Origin: Candidatus Nomurabacteria bacterium
Lineage (GTDB): Bacteria > Patescibacteriota > Minisyncoccia > Phycocordibacterales > UBA918
DNA: 64,000 nt
NCBI GenBank assembly: GCA_023898525.1
Contig: CP060227.1
Coordinates: 823,662-887,661, forward strand
Reading direction: 5' to 3'
Shown: piece by piece, positions 19,441 through 27,604 of the stretch
Layout: each line of letters starts with the position of its first letter
Numbering within the stretch: the stretch's first letter is position 1
Made by a program: the position numbers and the translations under genes
Notes under the pieces: model-generated
Database searches by the model: none
What the model saw: only the letters and a program-made list of their open reading frames with translations
Told to the model about the DNA's origin: nothing

Positions 19441-20200
19441 GGGGTCAGCCACCATTTATGATAAAATAAATGAATGCCAAGAATAAAAAGAGTAGATGTT
19501 GGTGGTGAAGTATATCACGTACTAAATCGTGCTAATGCTCGAGTGCAGATATTTGATAACAAAAAAGATTATCAGCAATTTGAAGAAATACTTGAAGAGG
19601 CTATTGAAAAATACGAAGTACCATTACTGGCATATTGTGTTATGCCAAATCACTGGCATATGGTACTGCAACCAAAACAAGATGGTGATATGCAGAAATT
19701 TATTGGGTGGCTTTCTAATACGCATACTCGTAGGTGGCATGTTACAAAAGATACAATAGGTCAAGGTCATCTATATCAGGGTCGATACAAATCATTTATT
19801 TGCGAACAAGACCATCACCTACTTACAGTTCTTAGATACGTTGAACGAAACGCTAAAAAAGCAAATTTAGTCAAAAAGGCTGAAGACTGGCAATGGTCAA
19901 GTGTATGGAGAAGAGAAAATGGTACTTTAGAACAAAAGAAAATATTAAGTAACTGGCCTATATCTATACCAAGAGACTATTTAAATCTTCTTAATAAACC
20001 TATGAATGAGTCTGAAGAAGAGGCTTTAGAAAAATCAGAAGAAAGAAGTATACCTTTTGGAGAAGAGGAGTGGGTTAATAGAAAAGTTAAAAAGTATGAG
20101 ATTGAACAAGTGTTACGGGGAGTAGGTAGACCTAAAAATGGTGGCTGACCCCATTTCTGACCCCATTTCCCCATTTCCACCATTTCCATTTCCGGAAAGG
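19441..20200 (+). mobile_element. REPtron-like unit: rayT gene flanked by inverted REP-like repeats, plus a CCATTTC tandem array
   Basis: GGGGTCAGCCACC at 19441-19453 and its exact reverse complement GGTGGCTGACCCC at 20140-20152. Then CCCCATTTC-type units repeat 5 times (20149-20200). Confidence 0.6.
19474..20148 (+). CDS. rayT: REP-associated tyrosine transposase RayT (Y1 HUH transposase, IS200-like fold) with a C-terminal extension
   Basis: YHVLNRAN. HUH motif PNHWHMV. GHLYQGRYKS. RYVERNAKKANLV...WQWSS. Confidence 0.8.
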   Translation: MPRIKRVDVGGEVYHVLNRANARVQIFDNKKDYQQFEEILEEAIEKYEVPLLAYCVMPNHWHMVLQPKQDGDMQKFIGWLSNTHTRRWHVTKDTIGQGHLYQGRYKSFICEQDHHLLTVLRYVERNAKKANLVKKAEDWQWSSVWRRENGTLEQKKILSNWPISIPRDYLNLLNKPMNESEEEALEKSEERSIPFGEEEWVNRKVKKYEIEQVLRGVGRPKNGG

Positions 20201-20276
20201 TGACATTATTCTGCATACATTAAAACACAGGAAAAACTTGCTAATATAACCATAAAATTGGTATATTCTTTTAACT

Positions 20277-20957
20277 ATGCAATGTATTATTTTGGCGGCT
20301 GGCAAGGGATCAAGACTTAGGCCGATAACAGACACTATCCCTAAACCGTTAGTGAAAGTTGACGGAAAAACCCTGATGGATCACGTAGTAGGGGCGTTAC
20401 CTAGTTCAATAAAGGAATTGATTATTGTTGTAGGTTATAAAGGTGACATGATAAGGGAATACTGTGGGGACAGCTTTTACGGACGACCGGTTACTTATTT
20501 GGAACAAAAGGAAATAAATGGTCCGGCCAAGGCGTTATGGCTCGCCAAAGATTTGATTAAAGGACGATTTCTTTTTATGTTTGCTGATGATATTCATGGT
20601 CGTGACGACATGGCGAGGGCGGTTTCTTATAGTCGCTCTATCTTGGCAACCACCAGTGACACTCCGGAACGCTTTGGTGTAATTGTTCGTAACCCTGATG
20701 GTACGATTGCTGATATGGTAGAAAAACCTTCATCCCCATCCTCCAATTTAGTTGCTACCGGACCAATGGTGTTGGATCAGCATATCTTTGATTTTGCTCC
20801 CGAGGCACCAATTAATGGTGAATATTTCATGCCTGAAATAATTATGCGCTATAAGGAGAAATATCCAATGGCGGTTGTGGAAGAGAACTTTTGGTTGGCG
20901 ATTGGTTACCCTGAAGACTTGGAAAAAGCTGAAAAGAAGATACAATCACTATCTTAA
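20277..20957 (+). CDS. Sugar-phosphate nucleotidyltransferase (NTP_transferase family)
   Basis: N-terminal MQCIILAAGKGSRLRPITDTIPKPL is the G-x-G-x-R pyrophosphorylase motif. Confidence 0.7.
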   Translation: MQCIILAAGKGSRLRPITDTIPKPLVKVDGKTLMDHVVGALPSSIKELIIVVGYKGDMIREYCGDSFYGRPVTYLEQKEINGPAKALWLAKDLIKGRFLFMFADDIHGRDDMARAVSYSRSILATTSDTPERFGVIVRNPDGTIADMVEKPSSPSSNLVATGPMVLDQHIFDFAPEAPINGEYFMPEIIMRYKEKYPMAVVEENFWLAIGYPEDLEKAEKKIQSLS

Positions 20958-20967
20958 ATAATTTATT

Positions 20968-21651
20968 ATGCAATGTGTTATCCTGGCGGCGGGAAAAGGA
21001 ACCCGCATGCGGCCTTTAACTGAACAAACTCCAAAACCGTTAATAGAAGTCTGTGGCAAACCTTTATTGCAGCATATCGTCGAAGCTTTGCCTGATGAAG
21101 TCGATGAAATAATCTTAGTGGTTAATTATCTTGAGGAGCAAATAAGGCGACATTGCGGTCTGCATTACTGCGGTAAATTGGTTCAGTATGTGCACCAAGA
21201 GAACGCGGTTGGGGGGACTGGTGAGGCTTTGCTGGCTGCGGCGCCACTTATCGAAGGAAGGTTTATGTTTATGTATGCTGATGACATTCATGGGTCGTAT
21301 GCTCTCAAAGCAGCTGTAACTTATCCTTATGCAATGCTTTCGGTGCAGCACGATGAACCACAGCATTTTGGTGTTTTGGATCTAAACTCGGACGGCACTC
21401 TCAAGGCTATTCATGAAAAGCCAGCAGAACCTACATCTAATCTTATAAACATCGGCGGGATGGTTTTGGACAAAAAGATATTTAAATATGATGTGGCACG
21501 GTCAGCGAATGGCGAATTGTATGTGACCGATATGGTAACGGCTTTTGCTCAGGATTATCCTGTTATGGTAGTGGAGCAATCTTTGTGGTTGCCGCTTGGG
21601 AAGCCGGAGGATATTTTGGCGGCGGAAAAAATGCTAGGGTGCAACCGGTAA
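20968..21651 (+). CDS. Sugar-phosphate nucleotidyltransferase, tandem paralog of the upstream gene
   Basis: MQCVILAAGKGTRMRPLTEQTPKPL. Alignable to the upstream gene along its whole length. Confidence 0.7.
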   Translation: MQCVILAAGKGTRMRPLTEQTPKPLIEVCGKPLLQHIVEALPDEVDEIILVVNYLEEQIRRHCGLHYCGKLVQYVHQENAVGGTGEALLAAAPLIEGRFMFMYADDIHGSYALKAAVTYPYAMLSVQHDEPQHFGVLDLNSDGTLKAIHEKPAEPTSNLINIGGMVLDKKIFKYDVARSANGELYVTDMVTAFAQDYPVMVVEQSLWLPLGKPEDILAAEKMLGCNR

Positions 21652-21705
21652 GAGAGGTGCAAGAAATTGAAAAAAATAGAATTTTATAGTAATGTGTTGA
21701 GCACT

Positions 21706-21779
21706 GTCGATGTAGCTCAGTCGGTTAGAGCGTAGCACTCATAAAGCTAAGGTCGGAGGTTCGATCCCTCCCATCGACA
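21706..21779 (+). tRNA. tRNA-Met (anticodon CAT), elongator type; could be tRNA-Ile2(LAU)
   Basis: Cloverleaf: acceptor GTCGATG/CATCGAC, D-arm GCTC-AGTCGGTTA-GAGC, anticodon loop CTCATAA, T-arm GGAGG-TTCGATC-CCTCC. G1-C72 is paired, so it is not an initiator. Confidence 0.85.
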
Positions 21780-22091
21780 CAATGTAGCGAAGCGGAATTG
21801 CGGAGAGGGGAAGCGCAAGGTTTGCGTCTAGCAAACCGAGCAGGGATCGAACGACGGGATGATGTCAGTATACGAGCGAATGAGGCGATAAAACAATGTT
21901 TAAACATAGTTTTATCGCGGCACCATGTATTTTTGTGAGTGAAACTAAACAAAATACACCGGTAACCGTCAGGATGACTTCTTCTATCTTTTCGAAGCGG
22001 GATGCTTTGAAAATTTACAAAATCATGTATAATGCTAGGCACAAACTTTATTTACCGAGGAAAAAGAAGGTTTTTGATAAGTTTGTTGACT

Positions 22092-22421
22092 GCGGTGGTA
22101 GCTCAACTGGTTAGAGCACCCGCCTGTAGACGTGCAGCTTTTTGTGCGAAAGCCAAATTGAAACTCTCCGGGATATCGGTGAAGGCTAAGTCTTCTTGAA
22201 GATATGCGAATACCGAGGGAACCCTATACACAAAAAAACATAGTATAGGGGCTCCGTAGAGACTAGATACCGGGGTACCTAAACCCAGCACTGCTTTTAA
22301 CTCTAAATATATTTAAAGTTAAAAGCAGTGCTGGACATGGTAAAGATATAGTCCACGCCTTTGTGAAAACATTGGAAGAAGTGCACGCGGGAGGTTGCGG
22401 GTTCGAGTCCCGTCTACCGCG
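22092..22421 (+). tRNA. tRNA-Asp (anticodon GTC) interrupted by a 256-nt group I intron in the anticodon loop (between positions 35 and 36)
   Basis: 5' exon GCGGTGGTAGCTCAACTGGTTAGAGCACCCGCCTGT. 3' exon CACGCGGGAGGTTGCGGGTTCGAGTCCCGTCTACCGCG. The T-arm and G73 are Asp-like (E. coli tRNA-Asp has the identical T-arm GCGGGTTCGAGTCCCGT). The spliced anticodon loop is CTGTCAC. Confidence 0.75.
22128..22383 (+). ncRNA. Group I self-splicing intron (256 nt) within tRNA-Asp
   Basis: The exon ends in U, paired to an intron G (P1: exon CTGT / intron GCAG). The intron ends in G. S element AAGATATAGTCC at 22343-22354. R/P7 GACTAGATACCGGGG at 22261-22275. GGACATGG P6-like. AAATTG P4-like. P10 CGTG:CACG. 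Confidence 0.75.
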
Positions 22422-22435
22422 CAGTTAGGTAAAAA

Positions 22436-22470
22436 CAAAAAACCACCAATGCTTGGTGGGTTTTTGTTTT
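22436..22470 (+). terminator. Rho-independent terminator after tRNA-Asp
   Basis: AAAAAACCACCAATGCTTGGTGGGTTTTTGTTTTT. Confidence 0.7.
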
Positions 22471-22721
22471 TAGGAAGCAAACTGCTTTGCTTTCGTACCT
22501 AACTGCTAGAAGGAGACATGCTGCTTTGCAACAGTTGGGTCCGGGTCAACAGTGTATTTATTTATTTTGGTACTTTAGACTCTGTTGAGATTTTAGAGAA
22601 TTTTAGTAACGGTAGTTGGTTAAGGAAGGATATATCTAAGTTGCCACAAGCCATCTCAAAGGATTGAACTCTAGACCTTTGCATTACAATTGAGTAAATC
22701 AGTGTCGTAAAAGATTATTAT

Positions 22722-22794
22722 GAGCCGACTCCGAGATTCGAACTCGGGACCTACGGTTTACGATACCGTTGCTCTACCTACTGAGCTAAGTCGG
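22722..22794 (-). tRNA. tRNA-Thr (anticodon CGT)
   Basis: Minus-strand cloverleaf: GCCGACT-TA-GCTC-AGTAGGTA-GAGC-A-ACGGT-ATCGTAA-ACCGT-AGGTC-CCGAG-TTCGAAT-CTCGG-AGTCGGC-T. Confidence 0.85.
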
Positions 22795-22868
22795 CGACGA
22801 ATATAATGTTAGTATAGTCGGACTTTGATTTCAATTGATTTTTTGATAGGATAGGCAAACTGAATATT

Positions 22869-22941
22869 GCCAATGTAGCTCAGTTGGTAGAGCGCGTCCA
22901 TGGTAAGGACGAGGTCTCCGGTTCAATCCCGGACATTGGCT
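22869..22941 (+). tRNA. tRNA-Thr (anticodon GGT)
   Basis: GCCAATG-TA-GCTC-AGTTGGTA-GAGC-G-CGTCC-ATGGTAA-GGACG-AGGTC-TCCGG-TTCAATC-CCGGA-CATTGGC-T. Confidence 0.85.
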
Positions 22942-22946
22942 CAAAA

Positions 22947-22975
22947 TAAAAAGCACCCGTTTAGGGTGCTTTTTA
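22947..22975 (+). terminator. Rho-independent terminator after tRNA-Thr(GGT)
   Basis: AAAAAGCACCCGTTTAGGGTGCTTTTTATT. Confidence 0.7.
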
Positions 22976-23038
22976 TTGGTATGCAGCTACTTGCTATTTA
23001 TGGATAAATGTAGCATTATGTTGATTGTGAGTTAATAC

Positions 23039-23377
23039 ATGGAGGGTACTGAAATGAACTGGTTGACTCTTATTGGAATATTTGTGTTGGTAATTGGAAT
23101 AGGAATTATCTGGACACAAATTGCGCTGTCTTTGAAGACAAGAAAAGAAAAAGAGGTGATGATGTGTGAAACTGAGGTTCGAAAGTTGTTAGAGGACCTT
23201 AAAAATACCGAACTCACCTTTAAGAGTGAAATAGATAGTATAATTACAGAGTATGATAAATATACTACCGATCAATTTGAAAAAGGTTTGCCAGATAGGC
23301 TTGCCTATATTAAGAAAATAAAACAGAAGCTTGAAGATATCAAGGACTCATCAGGTCAGGTTATGGGAGCTGCATGA
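23039..23377 (+). CDS. Hypothetical small membrane protein (one N-terminal TM helix plus a charged helical tail)
   Basis: 112-aa ORF followed by the hairpin TCCCCACACATTGTTTGCGGGGATTCTTTTTTT. Confidence 0.45.
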   Translation: MEGTEMNWLTLIGIFVLVIGIGIIWTQIALSLKTRKEKEVMMCETEVRKLLEDLKNTELTFKSEIDSIITEYDKYTTDQFEKGLPDRLAYIKKIKQKLEDIKDSSGQVMGAA

Positions 23378-23572
23378 AAATCCCTTGTTCACCAAATCAT
23401 TTAAATCCCCACACATTGTTTGCGGGGATTCTTTTTTTACCCACATGTACGTGCAGGTAAGGTCGGTTTGGTGTACTCAAATTTGACAATTCAAGCAAAA
23501 TGTCTGATACTCTGCGATGGGTTAGTTGAATACTGGGGTGCAACGATGTCATTGAGTTTGAGAGGCTAGAAA

Positions 23573-23767
23573 ATGGAAGAAATTCAGAAACTTATGACGT
23601 ATTTGGTGTTCATAGTAATTGCCGCTTTTTCGGCTTTAATTTTGCTGGGTTACATCAACGAAGTATTAGCATACGTCACTTTTTATTTATTTATGCTGAT
23701 TTTACTTATTGTATCGGCTAAGATTTTGCGTTTGATTTGGGTAAACAAAAAAGAATGTTTGCCATAA
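23573..23767 (+). CDS. Hypothetical 64-aa two-TM protein
   Basis: Short hydrophobic ORF with a terminator-like hairpin downstream (AGCGTCTC...GGGGACGCTTTTTT). Confidence 0.35.
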   Translation: MEEIQKLMTYLVFIVIAAFSALILLGYINEVLAYVTFYLFMLILLIVSAKILRLIWVNKKECLP

Positions 23768-23901
23768 TAAAATACAAGAGCGTCTCTGTTTTTTATAGGG
23801 GACGCTTTTTTAAATAACAGTTGACAGATTACTTTAAATGGAATACTTTTCTGAATGGAACGTTTGTTTCTGAGTAAATTTTTATTTCAAAGGAGCAAAA
23901 A

Positions 23902-24432
23902 ATGAAAGTATTTGATATACCAAGTATATGGGCAAGTGATTCATTTGTTTTTGTTTTTATCGTCGTGGTGTTTGTTATTCCTCTGGGAGCTGTAATTTTC
24001 CTACGAATCGTCAAAGAAGACTTTTTTCTAGAAAAACTTGCTGTCGATAGAAAGGAGATTGAAGAGGATATAAAAAAAGCACAAGATTGGGTAATAGAAC
24101 ATGGAGTTAATTTTCTAAAGGGATACCTGAATACTTTAAATGAAAAACTCAGTGGGACTGAGGGGATCGAAAACCCAAACCTATATGAGTTTGTTGTAGC
24201 GATATTAGTGCTAAAAAAAATTCGTGAAGAGCTTGATATTATTATTGATATTCAGACTAAGCTTTATAGAATAGAAGGACTTATAAAAAGCCAAGAAGAA
24301 GTTGGGTGTCTAGGTGATGGTAATATTGCTCTTGAATACAATAAGATTATCACCGGAAATTCTAATAAGCGAGGTGATTTGGCTAAAGAGTATAAAAATA
24401 TATCACGCTTATACGACACTATATCTTATTGA
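23902..24432 (+). CDS. Hypothetical protein with an N-terminal TM helix and coiled-coil region
   Basis: 176-aa ORF with GGAG-like RBS (AAAGGAGCAAAAAATG) and a downstream terminator GCCCATAAAAG...CTTTTTATGGGCTTTTTCTTG. Confidence 0.5.
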   Translation: MKVFDIPSIWASDSFVFVFIVVVFVIPLGAVIFLRIVKEDFFLEKLAVDRKEIEEDIKKAQDWVIEHGVNFLKGYLNTLNEKLSGTEGIENPNLYEFVVAILVLKKIREELDIIIDIQTKLYRIEGLIKSQEEVGCLGDGNIALEYNKIITGNSNKRGDLAKEYKNISRLYDTISY

Positions 24433-24682
24433 AAAAGTTACACAGAAGGATTGCCGTTTAATAAAGCTGAGCCCATAAAAGATACTTAAAAATCCTTTTT
24501 ATGGGCTTTTTCTTGTTGATAACTCAAAGGTATTTTTATTCCTATTTTAAATTTTTGTGATATTATGCGATTGGGTTGTAAAACCAAACTTAATTGGTCA
24601 ACAATGACAGGTGTCCAAGGGGAGGGTTGACTTTTTATCTAATTAATTGTAGACTTAAAAAGAACCTTTGAAGGAGGATGTC

Positions 24683-24955
24683 ATGAAAATTGTCTTACAA
24701 AAAGCAATTGATAAAATTGTACAAATTTACAATGTTTGGTCTGATTTTACTGATAATTTTATCAAAAACAGACCTCGCAAATTTTTAATCATTGTGTTTG
24801 GCACAATCTTTGCTGTTTCTGTTATGTTTCAAGGTGGTCTAGTTTCGGTTGGTGACTTAGTACAAACTGCGGTGGCTGCCGGTATATTGTCCTTGATATT
24901 ATTTGTAATCATTGCTGGGCAGATAAGTCGCGATGTCGAGAGGAGTCGTGAGTGA
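24683..24955 (+). CDS. Hypothetical two-TM small protein
   Basis: SD AAGGAGGA sits 5 nt upstream of the ATG at 24683. The track start at 24668 is a TTG inside the SD. Confidence 0.45.
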   Translation: MKIVLQKAIDKIVQIYNVWSDFTDNFIKNRPRKFLIIVFGTIFAVSVMFQGGLVSVGDLVQTAVAAGILSLILFVIIAGQISRDVERSRE

Positions 24956-24967
24956 TCACCCTTCTCG

Positions 24968-25016
24968 AAAAAAATCCCTGTAACCTAATCTTTACGATCA
25001 AGGACAGGGATTTTTT
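24968..25016 (+). terminator. Rho-independent terminator
   Basis: AAAAAAATCCCTGTAACCTAATCTTTACGATCAAGGACAGGGATTTTTT. Confidence 0.7.
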
Positions 25017-25089
25017 AATTCCCGATTTTTTAATATTCTAAATTCTAATTAATGGGCGATGGGTCACATTTTTGCTATACTCGTAAACA

Positions 25090-25962
25090 ATGAAAGATCC
25101 ACAAGTACGAATTGCTGATATAGAAGCCAAGATGCTCGAACCGACTTTTTGGAACGACTCAAAAGCCGCGCAGGCCATGATTAAGGAACTGCAAGAGCTT
25201 AAGGATGCGGTGGAAGGCAAGGGTAAATACGACCGAAGTAACGCTGTTATGACCATAGTGGCTGGCGCGGGCGGAGATGATGCGGAAGACTTCGCGCGGA
25301 TGTTGGTCGAGATGTACCGCGGGTATTGTACGAGTAAAGGATGGGAGATGGTGGTCTTAGATAGTAACACCAATGATCACAATGGCTACCGTAATATCAC
25401 CATCGAAATACAAGGCAAAGAAGCTTACGGTACTTTGCGACACGAGTCTGGCGTGCATCGTCTGGTGCGTATCTCACCTTTTAATAGTAACGGTAAAAGA
25501 CAAACTTCTTTTGTTTTGGTTGAAGTCTCACCACGGATTGATGATGTCAGTGCGGTGGAGCTTAAGGATGATGAGTTGGAGGTGAGTTTTGCCCGCGCCG
25601 GAGGCGCGGGCGGTCAAAACGTAAACAAGCGGGAAACTGCAGTTCGCATTGTGCATAAGCCGACCAATATCTCCGTTCATGTCTCTTCTGAGCGGTCACA
25701 ACAGCAAAACCGTGAGCGTGGCCTGGCGCTACTGGCTGGTAAACTTTATGCGTTTTACGAAGCGCAGCGTGAGCGAGAGCTTCAAGGATTGTCGGTTGAG
25801 AAAACTCTCAAGATAGAGTGGGGTAGCCAGATCCGGTCTTATGTTTTACACCCGTATCAGTTGGTAAAAGACCATCGGACCGGCGTAGAGGTGCGTGATG
25901 TTGAAAAGGTTTTGTCGGGTGACATCAGTTCGTTTATAAGCGCTTCTCAGGGTAAAAATTAA
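25090..25962 (+). CDS. prfB: Peptide chain release factor 2 (short N-terminal domain, no programmed frameshift)
   Basis: SPF motif ([15 protein letters not shown]). GGQ motif ([12 protein letters not shown]). 290 aa in a single frame. Confidence 0.85.
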   Translation: MKDPQVRIADIEAKMLEPTFWNDSKAAQAMIKELQELKDAVEGKGKYDRSNAVMTIVAGAGGDDAEDFARMLVEMYRGYCTSKGWEMVVLDSNTNDHNGYRNITIEIQGKEAYGTLRHESGVHRLVRISPFNSNGKRQTSFVLVEVSPRIDDVSAVELKDDELEVSFARAGGAGGQNVNKRETAVRIVHKPTNISVHVSSERSQQQNRERGLALLAGKLYAFYEAQRERELQGLSVEKTLKIEWGSQIRSYVLHPYQLVKDHRTGVEVRDVEKVLSGDISSFISASQGKN

Positions 25963-25980
25963 TATGGTATACTATCAGCT

Positions 25981-26664
25981 ATGATTTACTTTGATAACGT
26001 TTTTAAGCTCTATGATGACGGACGTTCGACTGCTCTTCAAGAAATAACCTTTCAAGTTGCACCCAAGGAATTCGTTTCCATAGTAGGTCATTCAGGCGCG
26101 GGTAAAACCACGCTTCTCAAGATGATTATTGCTGAAGATCGTCCGAGTCAAGGTCAGGTTTTTTTTGAGTCCTTGGATATTCATAAAATTCCTCGCACCA
26201 AGCTCCCACACTATCGCCGCAAGATTGGCACAGTCTTCCAAGACTTTAAGCTCCTACCCAATAAGACCGCCTATGAGAACATTGCTTTTGCTATGGAGGC
26301 CAACGGGCGAACTGATGAAGAAATTGCGGAAAATGTACCGCAAGCATTGTCTCTCGTTGATCTTGATGACAAAGCTTTTAACTTCCCAAGCGAACTTTCC
26401 GGCGGCGAGAAGCAAAGAGTAGCTATCGCTCGAGCGATTGTTAATCAACCGGACATCATCGTAGCTGATGAGCCGACCGGTAACCTTGACCCAATAGCTA
26501 CTTATGAGGTGGTACAGATCCTTCGCAAGATTAACGACCTTGGAACCACTGTCATTATGACTACTCACAATAAGGGTGTTATTGATGAGTTGGGACGACG
26601 AGTCATCACAATGGACGAAGGTCGGATTGTTCGTGATGACGCTAATGGTAAATACGTATTATAA
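25981..26664 (+). CDS. ftsE: Cell division ATP-binding protein FtsE
   Basis: Walker A GHSGAGKTT. ABC signature LSGGEKQRVAIARA. Walker B IIVADEPTGNLD. Followed by ftsX. Confidence 0.9.
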   Translation: MIYFDNVFKLYDDGRSTALQEITFQVAPKEFVSIVGHSGAGKTTLLKMIIAEDRPSQGQVFFESLDIHKIPRTKLPHYRRKIGTVFQDFKLLPNKTAYENIAFAMEANGRTDEEIAENVPQALSLVDLDDKAFNFPSELSGGEKQRVAIARAIVNQPDIIVADEPTGNLDPIATYEVVQILRKINDLGTTVIMTTHNKGVIDELGRRVITMDEGRIVRDDANGKYVL

Positions 26665-26671
26665 TTAATTT

Positions 26672-27595
26672 ATGTTAACAGCTCTTCGCAGAATTACACG
26701 GGCAGGATTTGTAGGTTTTTGGCGCAGTGCCTATGTGTCTTTAGCCTCGATTTTTGTTATAACCATCACTTTGTTTGTGATTGGTTCAACTATGTTTATT
26801 AGTCAACTTTTAGATACTTCACTTAAAACAATCCAAGAAAAAGTTGATATTAATGTATATTTTGACGTAGCTGCTCCACAAGAAGAGGTTGATGCCATAA
26901 AGGCCGCCGTTGAAGCTTTGCCGGAAGTCTCCAGTGTTACCTACACTTCCCGTGAGGAAGCGTTGGCAAAATACCGCGAAAAGAACAAAAATAATGAGAT
27001 TGCCCTGCAGGCACTGGCCGAACTAGACGAAAACCCACTAGAAGCAGATATTGCTATTCAAGCCAAGGAGACTTCACAGTACGAGAGTATCTCTCGCTTT
27101 ATTGAAGAAAAACGAGCGGCTGAGTCGGTCCAGGCTCCGGTTATCAGTAAAGTTACATACAACGACAACAAAGATTCTATAGATACTTTGACTACTATTA
27201 TTGATGCGGTAGAACGAGTTAGCTTTGCGATCATGGTGGTTTTGATTATTGCCGCTGTATTAATTACCTTTAACACAATTCGTCTGGCTATCTACACCGC
27301 GCGCGAGGAAATTTCTATTATGCGTTTAGTGGGAGCCTCCAACATGTTTATTCGTGGACCTTTCATGGTTCAGGGCTTTATGTATGGTTTGGTTGGTGGA
27401 GTCTTCGCTTTACTTATCTTGTATCCGATTACTGCTTGGCTTGGCCCGCGGACCGAAGAATTCTTTGACGGTTTCAATTTGTTAACTTATTTCATTAATA
27501 ATTTCAGTGATATTTTCTTAACCTTGGTCGGTATTGGTATCGTACTTGGTTTATTCTCCAGTATTTTAGCAGTGGCTCGTTACCTAAGAGTTTAG
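26672..27595 (+). CDS. ftsX: Cell division permease FtsX
   Basis: 307 aa with an N-terminal TM helix, a periplasmic domain and three C-terminal TM helices. Immediately downstream of ftsE. Confidence 0.8.
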   Translation: MLTALRRITRAGFVGFWRSAYVSLASIFVITITLFVIGSTMFISQLLDTSLKTIQEKVDINVYFDVAAPQEEVDAIKAAVEALPEVSSVTYTSREEALAKYREKNKNNEIALQALAELDENPLEADIAIQAKETSQYESISRFIEEKRAAESVQAPVISKVTYNDNKDSIDTLTTIIDAVERVSFAIMVVLIIAAVLITFNTIRLAIYTAREEISIMRLVGASNMFIRGPFMVQGFMYGLVGGVFALLILYPITAWLGPRTEEFFDGFNLLTYFINNFSDIFLTLVGIGIVLGLFSSILAVARYLRV

Positions 27596-27604
27596 TTAAT
27601 CGTT

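Noticed and set aside
21725-22114. ORFs (21725-22042 minus, 21896-22114 plus) between tRNA-Met and tRNA-Asp.
   Set aside because: They overlap tRNA genes and the intron, and show no coding signal. I also checked for an additional tRNA in 21790-21890, where a GGATCGAAC motif occurs, and no acceptable cloverleaf forms.
22475-22720. Possible additional tRNA or ncRNA in the spacer before tRNA-Thr(CGT), where a GAGTTCAATCC motif occurs.
   Set aside because: No consistent T-stem or acceptor pairing can be drawn around the motif.
24960-25100. Programmed +1 frameshift site for prfB.
   Set aside because: No CTTTGAC-like shifty site and no upstream short ORF in another frame. The upstream sequence is a terminator hairpin plus promoter-like AT-rich DNA.
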